A stretch of DNA of 63,836 nt, filler included, from Collodictyon triciliatum (Eukaryota): assembly GCA_043381765.1 (NCBI GenBank). It is 5 parts of 5 records of this genome, joined end to end, with 100 filler letters (N's around TTAATTAATTAA, not from the genome) between each part and the next. Parts side by side here need not be neighbours in the genome. Positions count along the whole stretch, not along the records: positions 1 to 17,395 come from JBHJMP010001462.1; positions 17,496 to 34,872 come from JBHJMP010001463.1; 3 more parts are not named here. The stretch is one strand, 5' to 3'. Made by a program: the position numbers and the translations under genes. Below, piece after piece: positions 15,003 to 25,498 of the stretch. The notes under the pieces were generated by a model. It searched no databases and had not been told where the DNA came from. It saw only the letters and a program-made list of their open reading frames with translations. How positions within the stretch are numbered: position 1 is the first letter of the stretch; every line of letters starts with the position of its first letter.

Positions 15003-16587
15003 TTAGGATTCACTGGCTCCAACAAAACTTGATAATTTGTTTTCAGAAATATTCAGTTCTGCGATGGACTCCATCTTGTAAATGACATCAGGGAGAATAC
15101 TCAACTAGTGTTCAAATAAGAAAAAATTATAATGTTACGAGAAACGCTTCGAAAATAATTGATGAACCCCATCTTTCGTGCACCACATGAGATTACCTTA
15201 ACCATCAGATAGTAGTGAAGAGTAATGTGGTTAATATTTGGATTATACATAGGCCATACTTGGTTCTTTGCGATGTTGAGATGAACTAGACTCTTCAAGG
15301 AGAATATTTCTGGTGGTATGCTTGATATATGGTTGCCAGATACATCTAAGGATATCAGTCTCGTCACTTCAAACAGTTGCAGTGGCAGTTGCGAGAGCAG
15401 GTTATTGGGCACTCGAAGCACTACCAGTTGACTCATCGCAGATATTTCTGGGGGCAAGGAAGTGAGTTGCTGGCATGATATAGTAAGACTCTCCAGTTTA
15501 CTTAGCTTAGATATCTCTGGCGGAAGAGAGGTGATGAGCTTATCGCTGGAGAAAATTAGTCTTTCACAGTTTTCTAACTTTGCTCCGTAAGGATAACCCC
15601 ACGGCTTAAAGTTTAACATATTGGCCGTGTCCTAGTTTGATTTTCACTTAGTACACAATAATACCTAGTCATATTTTAGGTGTAGTATCGAAAGCTTCAA
15701 CATTCCGCGCTAAACAGGTCAAAGTTCACACTTTTTTGCGGTTGGCACGAAGTAAATAAATGTAAAAATTTCAAGTCCTTTCAGTGTGGGGAGAGAATGT
15801 TTCAACTCACTCTTTCAGAATCGCTAACATATGCAAGCTGGATGCATAACTCCTCCATCGTCGGCCTGTTTTCTGGAGACATATCTATTGCTTTTTTTGT
15901 AACATTTCGCATATATTCATCGGCGATCAGCCGTGTATCATAACGGACAATTTTAGGAATTTTTTTTGTCAGCAGCATACATAAAATGATGCCGACGCTG
16001 TAAACATCACTCTTTCCTCCACAATAAAAGCCGATACTTCGTAATTCTGGTGGATCTGTTGGCTTACATCTGGCATATCGAACATGTTCTCTACCTCTTT
16101 CCAAACTTTCACGTAGTTCAAGTAGGGACACAGGAGATAGTACAATACCACGTTCTTTCGTATAATAGATAGCATCGGGAACTAGATTGTAATGGTAAAC
16201 CCCTTTTTTGTGAATATCGAATAATGCCTCGCAAATCTGAATACCGATAATCATAATCTCATCAAGACTAAGGCTGTGATTAGGTATCAGCTCTGAGAGA
16301 AGTTGGCCTTCCACGTGATCAGAAACGATGAATAATCTGCGACTTTCTGTATATATTCCAAGGTAAGAAGCGAGACGCGGGTGCTTGGGTAATGATATTT
16401 TTGCCTTAAAATCCATAAAGAAAACTTGTACTTCATCTTGACTGCGAATTGGCAGATCGTAGATTTCTACGAGGACCGATCGTCCGTCAAACTTTTTGGT
16501 AGCCCGAAAACGTTGATACCCATCTTCCTGGTGAATAATCATGTCAAACATGAGGTCATGTCCATTCAATCCGACGTAACTTTCCAT
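15003..16587 (-). CDS. Pseudokinase-LRR fusion protein; exons about 16587-15811, 15631-15260, 15104-15003
   Basis: The kinase-fold ORF (HPRLASYLG, LFIVSDHVEG, GIQICEALFDIH, KSDVYSVGIIL, PENRPTMEEL) ends at a GTGAGT donor (15810). This joins in phase 0 to CTAG|GAC ACG GCC AAT ATG upstream of the LRR ORF (LPPEISKLSKLESL, LPPEISAMSQLVVL, LDVSGNHISSIPPEIFSLKSL). Confidence 0.8.
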
Positions 16588-17081
16588 CGTATTGAGGTCT
16601 TGAAACTCTTCAACTGCTCCGTGGTTTAAATATCTGAGTGAGGACTCAATTGTTTGGGCGCACAACTCTTGGTTTTTTTTTTCGGGTTTGCTATTGGCTC
16701 ATTCTTTTCATCTAGTTGTATTTTGTTACGTTTCTTTTCTTTCGCGCATATGAACTTTTGTTGTTTTGTTGTTTTGTTGTTTTGTTGTTTTGTTTTGTTG
16801 TTGTTTTGTTGTTGTTTTGCGGAACTGGGCGATACAATGAGAGTAAGGGAAAGGGAGCCGGGAGATTATGCGACAATCTCCGAATCAACTGATTCATTCT
16901 GGCAGCGCGGACAAGATCACACACTCAAGGCCGACCCACGCGTTTCCCGCCCGCTCCTTCCTTCTTTTTATCCCGCGGACTAGTGGCGAGGGACATACGC
17001 GAAAATACGCTTTATTCCTTTGGAGCTTTCTTTCACTACTCCTCCCGATTGTCGCTCGAAATAGAGCAGGGCTTCGTCTCG

Positions 17082-17238
17082 ATGCAGCGCGCTGTTCAGG
17101 GACAAAGCAACATTCTGTGCGCAGCAAGTCGCCGATCGCCTCGGCCAACACACTTTCTCGCAATGCGCATAAGTGATAACCCTGCCATACGAGATCGTCT
17201 CATACAATTGCAGCGAGACATGACCGGTGCATATCCTG
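17082..17238 (+). CDS. First exon of an AKAP7/LENG9-like 2H-phosphoesterase (2'-5' RNA ligase-like) protein, truncated by the scaffold end
   Basis: RPTHFLAMRISDNPAIRDRLIQLQ resembles the RP(T/N)(H/Y)F(L/V) start of the AKAP7_NLS domain. A GT donor at 17239 is followed by (GTAT)n and the scaffold end; the HxT motifs are not visible. Confidence 0.6.
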
Positions 17239-17276
17239 GTGCGTTGGGATTGTCCCCTTGTTATTTAATGAAAGCA

Positions 17277-17395
17277 GTATGTATGTATGTATGTATGTAT
17301 GTATGTATGTATGTATGTATGTATGTATGTATGTATGTATGTATGTATGTATGTATGTATGTATGTATGTATGTATGTATGTATGTATGTATGTA
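17277..17395. repeat. (GTAT)n at the scaffold end
   Basis: Read directly from the sequence. Confidence 0.95.
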
Positions 17396-17495
17396 NNNNN
17401 NNNNNNNNNNNNNNNNNNNNNNNNNNNNNNNNNNNNNNNTTAATTAATTAANNNNNNNNNNNNNNNNNNNNNNNNNNNNNNNNNNNNNNNNNNNN
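17396..17495. other. Artificial scaffold spacer N44-TTAATTAATTAA-N44
   Basis: The identical 100-nt spacer, with stops in all six frames, occurs four times in the window. Confidence 0.97.
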
Positions 17496-17808
17496 ACAAA
17501 AAAAACAAAAAAACAAAAAAACAAAAAAACAAAAAAACAAAAAAACAAAAAAACAAAAAAACAAAAAAAAACCAAAAAAAACCAAAAAACCAAAAAAACA
17601 AAAAAACAAAAAAACAAAAAATGAGTGAAGCATTAGTATAATTGACGACACATGCTCTGATCCAAGCAGAATTCATTTTGAAAACCATAAAACCAAGGAT
17701 CACCACACCGAGCGATCAAAAGCGACCAAAAAAAAAAAAGAAAAGAAAAGAATCAAAAACACCAAGAAGCCTGCGTAAAACCCCACAACCACCCCGCTTC
17801 AGCAGATC

Positions 17809-18318
17809 ATGAGCACCAACATGCAGGCCTACCCGACTTACTCGTACTCCGCACAACCCGGCACGCTGACCTCCGCCATTGCGCCGCCACCAACCTTCAT
17901 TCCGCCGCCGATCTCCTACCCGGCCAATGTGCCGATTCCCGTCCACATCTACGTGCAGCATCGCGAAGACACCGTAGTCTATGCGGAAGAAGACGGGACT
18001 TTTGTCCTTGCCCCTGAACCCGAACCTGTGACCACGCAGGAAGTTTTGGAGGCTGATCAAGCGCGTCTTCGCCGCCGTGAAGAACATGCAGCCCGAGCCC
18101 AAGCCGAGCGTCAACTAGAAGCCCAGCGTCAATTAGAAGCCCAGCGCCAATTGGAAGCCCAGCGCCAATTAGAAGCCCAGCGCGCAGCCCAGTTCCAGAC
18201 TCGCTCGTATGCTGCTCCACAAGCCTTCTCGCCAGTGATCTACGGAGGCCAACCGACTCAGCGAAGCTTTGCTCTCGGGCCGAACTATCCCTACGCGCCT
18301 GTGCGCTATGCCAATTAA
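17809..18318 (+). CDS. Intronless 169-aa hypothetical protein: P/Y/A-rich termini and a central helix with (RQLEAQ)x4
   Basis: ATG-to-TAA ORF, GC-rich against AT-rich flanks. The 18-nt repeat units differ at synonymous positions (cgt/cgc, cta/tta/ttg), which is consistent with coding constraint. Confidence 0.8.
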   Translation: MSTNMQAYPTYSYSAQPGTLTSAIAPPPTFIPPPISYPANVPIPVHIYVQHREDTVVYAEEDGTFVLAPEPEPVTTQEVLEADQARLRRREEHAARAQAERQLEAQRQLEAQRQLEAQRQLEAQRAAQFQTRSYAAPQAFSPVIYGGQPTQRSFALGPNYPYAPVRYAN

Positions 18319-18615
18319 GCTGCGTGCTCCGCCCCGCATTCCGCCCGCTTTCCTGCTGGCGACTTTTCCCGCTTCGAGGAAATAAAAGAAAAAGAAAAAT
18401 GGGATTTGGAATCCGGGCATCATTCTAGACACAGCAGGAAGCGCGCTTTTATCGTGGAAGCGGAAAACCCCGTCCCGATCAGAGCTCGGCTTTGCTTATA
18501 TTATTGGGAACTGAGTGCGAGTTTGCAAGCGCAAGCAGGTTCGTTGTGATCAACAAAAGGCGTGAATATGACCAGTGATCGTGTTTGTCCGAAATGCACA
18601 AGCCAGAGACTTTGA

Positions 18616-20881
18616 ATGCGTCTGCGTGTGCCAAGGACTGTGCCTTCTGTGCTGCTTGTGGGTCTGCTTTGCCTCCGTTTTTCGGGTGCAGAGGATATCG
18701 CGCCTGGCTCGCTTCCGTATCCGCTACAAGTGAAGGAGTTGGAGCTCATTGCAAAGCAGGCAAACGCTGCGTCGTACGATATTCTGGATGCAGCGCGGCC
18801 GGATAACAAAAGTACGTGTCAAAGAGACTCTGTTTGTGCTCCGTGTCGAAAAAGTTGTCTATTGAGGGCGCCATACGAGCGACATCATTGTGTTCTTTTT
18901 CTTTGGGGTTTCCCTCGCTCTGCTTCGTGCTTATTATATGTAATTTTTGCTATTTAATTTAATTTAGTTCAACGTAATTTAATTTTGGTAAATTGTATTA
19001 TTATTATAATATGCTTAACGGGTTGTATGCTTCATAGTCATTAATTCTGCAGAGTTTGGTACGTGCCTTGTGTGTAAAAGTTCGACAACGCTCGTATGTG
19101 CTGGTTGCAATTACACACATTACTGCTCTAGCGAGCACCAAAAGATGGATTGGAAGTATCATGCCTCAGCGTGTCCATTGCATCGCAAAGTATCAATTTT
19201 GCTCAATCATTCACTTGTTTACATATTTAATCATAATGATAAATTAGTTATTTGTTCGCTTATTGATCATTAATCGCGGTATGCAGATAAAGGAGGATAT
19301 GCTGAATCAAAAGCACATCGACGCACACAGACCCTGGTCGTTTGAAAGCGCAAATGGTATACTTTAGTATCTTTACATCGCTAATACATGTGTGCATGTT
19401 TCTTGTGTCGAAAAATGTTTCAAAACATCTGAATTTACGGCTGGAGATGCCCATATGTCTCTATTACCCACCTAAAGATGCCCCGCACCCCACTTCACAC
19501 ACGCGTAAATTTATATGATTTTACGCCATTTGGTGAAGAATTACTCATGCCACTCTACATTTCTATTTCCTAGCGGAGATTTTGAATGATGCAGTAGGTT
19601 GGGAATCGTTGCTCCCTGTATTGGCTCCAAAAGCTGATTTGAAACACCCCTCCGTTTTTCGCCTTCTCACCCAAGAGTTTTCCCAGTCTGCAACGATTGT
19701 CTATGCCCTCAAACATGTTGTAGGGCTCATTTAAAACCTCTATTCATCAAAAGGATAGTGGATATTGAAATTTTTATTATTCTGTTTGGTGCTTCTTTGG
19801 ATAATTAGCATCTTTTAGGAGTCTCAGTTCGGAAACCACCAAAGAGATGGGCCGGTTGTTATTCACGTCATTGGCAGTGCACAGTGGGAATATGAATCAT
19901 TTTCTAATGGGACTTATAATTGGATCACATCAGCCTTTCCAGAGACATCCTTCGAGTTTTATTTCATAGGTCAACATGTCACCTAACCATTCTCAAGATT
20001 CCATTAACTTAAAATACAAGTCCTACAAATTTCACCAAGAGGAACAATACTCTTCAATTAATCTTGGTCCACAAAAATTCGTCTCCGGATTGCATTCCCA
20101 ATACATAGGTATGTCAGTGGCTGACAGCTCGGATAAACTTGAGCTGAAGCAGAACGATAGGCTTCGAGGCACTTTCATCAAACAGGAGTTCACTGATTTT
20201 TTTGCCGCGTGGTGAGGTTTATGTATTGAAGTATAATCGGCATTTTATTATGACTATGTCCGCAGCGATTACCTCACAGCATCTTATTTTTCTTTTACAG
20301 GCAAGGTCAGCAGCCTCAAAAAGCTGTGGACCTGATGATTTCGTTTCATCCTGGCATTCTCATGTATCCAGAGTGGCGAAAAGTGGTCAGAGCGATACAT
20401 CGATACTCTCTCGAAGTGAGTGAAGCAATCGAAGAACTGTACCACACATCGCATATTACATGGTTGATATTCTCTCAAAAAATCAACTCAACCCTTCTAC
20501 ATGTATGTAAAGCTAACATTCACGAGCTACCGTGAGTGGGAGCAATCGGCGGAGATTCGTGTTCTCGACAGTGTTGGACTCGAAGAGACTTGGGACAGCC
20601 ATATGAATCCATACCGGTCATTGCGGCCAAGGTGCTGAAAGGACACAGTTTATACAAATACCACAGAGAAGCGAAGCCAGATTCGGACCTCATTAATGGC
20701 ACATTTTTTTTCCCTTGCTTCAAATGACAGCGATATCTCTGACAACACACACCGGTTTAGGCAGAGCACCTCGATTGAGAACGACGTCTTTTACGAAAAC
20801 ACAAAGTTGACTTCCATTCGAACTCATAATCCGCTATACCCAAAGAGAAAAATGCCCAAAGGCCGGCCTGTTCACCGATGA
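18616..20881 (+). CDS. MYND zinc finger plus MSS51/ZMYND15-like C-terminal domain, about 9 exons
   Basis: CLVCKSSTTLVCAGCNYTHYCSSEHQKMDWKYHASAC (MYND); VIHVIGSAQWE, FYFIG, DLMISFHPG...W, LTFTSYREWE and NPYRSLRP are MSS51/ZMYND15-type motifs. All introns are GT-AG and phase-compatible. Confidence 0.85.
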
Positions 20882-21324
20882 GCCATCTGCGACTGGAAAC
20901 CAAAACCATACCCGATATTCCAGTTTTTTTTTTTAATTTCATTTTGCAACAAGTTTGCTTTTCTGTCGCCCTTATCATCAATTATTTTCTCGCAAGATGG
21001 TCAAAGGATATCACACTAAACATTCGAATACTCAATCACATGCGCTTGTTGCTTGAGCCTTTTTCTCAGAGTTTTATGCATAGCATTTTTTTTTTTTGGT
21101 GTATGAGTTTTTTATTAATTCAAAAAAATGGGTCTGTTTTCGTGGCTCTGGGGCTTCAATGAAGGGCATAAGAAATCCCAATCAATGATAGGCGGTTTGT
21201 CTCGTAATATATATTTTTTTAAATGAAAAAAAAAAGAAAAAAATCGCATGAATAGACCAAAAATATGAAAAAAAAGCATTATTAAATGTTTGTGTGTCAA
21301 TGAAAGGTATATCAAGGATTTGAT

Positions 21325-24300
21325 TCATAGGTTGATCAGGAAATCGGACGTTTGTTGGCCGGTTTTTGAAGCTTGTGAACGGTTTTGCATAGGAACCGGC
21401 GACGAGAACATACCCAGCAAATCTTCCTGGCTGTTCAAGTGTGGTTGGCTCGTAAGAGATGCGGTTTGCTGGGGCGGTTGCGGTGTTTGAACAGAGCCCA
21501 TCAAATCCCAAATGTCGACTCCAGTGGGGACTCCGGACGAGGCAGAAATGCTTCGGCTGTTCTGCTGTGCAGGCTCAAACTCCAAGTCCAACAGATTCTC
21601 TGAGGTTGCCGATCGATTCATGTCCTTGTGGGTCTGTGCGAAAGGTGGGTCATCGGACTGTGTCTCGGCAGGTTGGTGAAGGATAGAATAGAGTGAAAGT
21701 GAGCTACATTTGCCAAGTTTGTTTTTGCAGTTCTTGGATTTTTCAAAATCTTTCTTAAATGTTTCACTAAATCATAAGTAAAAAAAATTCTTCTAGGTTC
21801 ATTACAGGCTCGTCGAAGCTCAAAAGGTCGATGGCGGACTGACTTCGTATTACTTGGGCGGCTGTGTTTTCTGCGGGACCGGCAGGCTACAGTTTTAATT
21901 TTTGATAAGAAACTAGGGACCTGTTTATTTTTTGTTTGTCTTTTTATTTACTTTTTTATATTTATTATATAGTTATGAACAGGATTTATTTTTCAACATC
22001 TCAAGCGACTCATTTCCGAAATAAAAAAAAAGTGCTATGAATGGCAGCGCACCGTGCTATTTCCTCTAGCAGAACTAATAGACCGCAACTTTGCTATTCG
22101 CAATTTACGCGACATGATTTGATTAACAAACAAAGTTACTGAAAGTTCCAAAAAAATGATTAAAATAGTGAGAAAATGTAATGCTTCAATGCGCATGTTT
22201 TGTAGAAAGTCTCACATTCCATCGGCACATAGCTCGGTGTGGAATCCTTCGGTGAACATGCAAGTATTTTGTTAAAATTTTGTTAAAATTGTGTTCAAAT
22301 TCAGATATTTTGCATCCAATTGTTGAAATAAATCCACACAAACAGCTCAGTTATAAATTTCTCTACCTCCTCAACAAACTCAAACTCTTCCTTGAATGAT
22401 GTAGATACCAGACTTGGTGCTGCTGCTGGCTGTGGCTGTGGCTGTGGCTGTGGCTGTGTTGGCGATGGTGTTTGCGCCAGATTCTATTCCATCATTAAAT
22501 AATTTTCTTTAAGGGTGTCATTGAATTAAAAAGGAATAACTAAAAATCAAGAATCAAGAATCAAGAATCAAGAATCAAGAATCAAGAATCAAGAATCAAG
22601 AATCAAGAATCAAGCTTATCTTTGTGGTGGGGCGTTGCCAATTTATAGAATTTGATTATTATTATTATTTTATCGAATCCCATTATGATTTTTACACCAT
22701 GAATATCAATCTACCTTCTGCGCCTTTGGAGTCTGTAGGTCAGAGACGTAAGCCATGATTTTTGACAACTTTCTTCCACTGGTGCTGCTTATTGTATGGC
22801 ATGGAATATTAATAACATTATTAAAATCACAGCCTTTTGAGCCACGAACCAGCTTTACAGCAAGCTGCAAAATGGCGAAAATGACAAATGGAATGCAACC
22901 TTTCTGATGGTTGTTCTATCGGTTTTTCCTGTTGGCTTGGACTACTGGGCTGCAACAGGTTTCACAGCCATGAAAGAATTGAGAATGGAGACAATTTATC
23001 AAGAGGAAAAGAAATATAAAAGAAAAAGAGAAGTGACACGGTCTCGTGGATAAATAAAGGAATAAGAGGAACAAACGCTTTATGCACAGCTTATTCAACG
23101 TATATTGGCTTCGAATGATCAAAAAGGGGTATCGCAAAACAATTCACTATTTTATGAATAGAACTTGAAGAGAAAAACCTTTGCCATGTTCATCGTCTTC
23201 ACCATCCCTTTGAAAGAGGAAAGTTTCCCAGACATATCCACTTTGAAACTAATGATTATCCACACGGTATTCAACCGGTATCAATCAACGCAACTTAAGT
23301 ACAAAAAAATAATCACAATTCCCCTTTTCCTTTGTTTTTTTTTTAATGCAGGACAAAAAAAAAAAACCAGGCGCTTAAAGTTATTCAGAATACAAGTCAA
23401 GGAAGGTAAAATCGCACTTAGACAAGTAGCTTGAAGACTGATGAGCGCTTTTACTGGCTATGTATCTTTCAAAAGCGCCGGTCACGTGATGTCCCTCCAT
23501 CGCAGCTGCAACGATGCTCTGGTTTGATTCATAATTACTCATTTTTTATATCAATCTTCTTTCTTCCAAGAAGCTTTACCCAGAGGAAGAAACAAAAGGT
23601 AATTAAAGAGGGTAGAAGCTATTAAAATTCACTTCACGCTCGGCCGCAAATCTTTCAAACATTTGACAGTGTCTAAATTCCTCCAAAAACTGTTTTAATA
23701 GCCCTTGCGTTTAGAAACGACAAACAAAACAACTTCAAGATGCAGGTATATAGCTGTTATTGTAACCAACACAATCACTGATTGCATTTACAGTTGGTTT
23801 GTTATGAATTGGAATATCCGCTTTCTCCTTTTTTCTTTCTTTTTTTTGTTGTGTTCATTTACTGAATTAAAGTTATAGCTTGACGATAAAATAGTTTGAT
23901 TGGATGACCTGTTTGTATTGAGGCGGGGAATTATTCACAAACGAATCTCGATTGAGAATGTATTTGGGTCCATCTGTAATCAATGTAAAAAAAAAAATGC
24001 CTCAATGATTGAGTAAAAGTCAGCTGCTTGCATATGTACGTGGATGGTCAAGGCTGAGTGCGTATATTTTGACTGGTACGTTGTCATATTTGTTTATCTC
24101 TGAAATAAGAAACACAAATAGAGATATTAGATAAAAAGGAAGGAAAACCTTCACGAAGGTATTGCCTATAATTCCCAAAGATGGAAACAAAAAAGCTAAG
24201 GAAGCACGAAGCAACCGCGGCATCTTCTATTGAGGCTGAGCCTATGTGAAGGTAATACTGAATATGAAATCCTGAATTCAAGTATAGAACAAAGAGAGTT

Positions 24301-25317
24301 AGAAAAAGAAACAGGTAGATAAATCGACGGTTGTATATATGATGAATGCGTCATTTCTTTCATTGTTCCTTTTTATATGAAAATCGGATGAAAAAAAAAC
24401 ATCAGTTAGGATTTCTTGGTGAGAAAAAAAAAAGAAAGAGTACGATTCCACCGTGCCATGACTTTGACAAGGTTTGAGCGCAACGAAGACAGTGGAGATA
24501 TCGGAAGCGACCCTGAAAACAACAGAGGCAAGAAAGTAAAATGTAAACAGATAAAATTGCGATGAATAAAACATGCATGAAACATAGATTCACAAGTATG
24601 AGAAGGCGAATCATTCGATTTGCTCGCTTGTGTATATCTTAGTAATATCACTGATTTACCAGGGTCAATCCCGACATCCTCGTCTATTTTAGCATCCAAG
24701 TCGACCATGTAAACCTATGTCGTTTATTTGATGACTTAAATTTTAAACTAAAAAAACCAGAATAAATTTCTCAAAAACAAAAACAAAAAACTGTAGGTCA
24801 TCGCCCAATAAACGAACCTCCTCTATCGGCATTCGCTTGAGAATGGGCAGGCAAGAAGCCTATTCAAGAAGAGTAATGAATATGACCTGAGACTTTTATT
24901 TTGCTTTTTTGTTAATTAAAAAATATATACAGTCACAATCTTTCCTCTACAATATGCGATGGTGTATAGCAAAAGATATATAACAATTTCCATTCAGAAA
25001 AGGCAACGTTCGGACAAAAGTTCCACAAGAAGACCTGCAAGCCTATAAGGAACGGCATGGGTGCTGTGCAATAGTCCATCAGTTTCTTCGGAAGGACGGG
25101 GATGAAAATATGCTGAACAGGAATTATTTTTTAAAATAATCAGTCTCATTTAAGAATTTTGGGATGCAATCATTCTATTCATTTAAGTCTCCAATGAAAA
25201 AGGAAAATCATGTTACGTAATTGATAGCATTCATCATTTGTCGCATGATTTTGTTGATGAATAGTACATCACAGACGTGAAATATAGCATACAATTGACA
25301 AATGCGCATACCAATAG

Positions 25318-25348
<31 letters not shown>

Positions 25349-25446
25349 CATTATTTTAACCTGCCAGTTAAAGGGATAAATCATCGCTGCAGTAGCATGG
25401 CAGCAGGTTGAAAGTTTTGACAGGCTTGCTAGATAAATAGATGAAT

Positions 25447-25498
<52 letters not shown>

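Noticed and set aside
17440..17451. Palindromic TTAATTAATTAA repeated four times, possibly a recombination or target site
   Set aside because: It is always centred in exactly 44+44 Ns, so it is an artificial six-frame stop linker.
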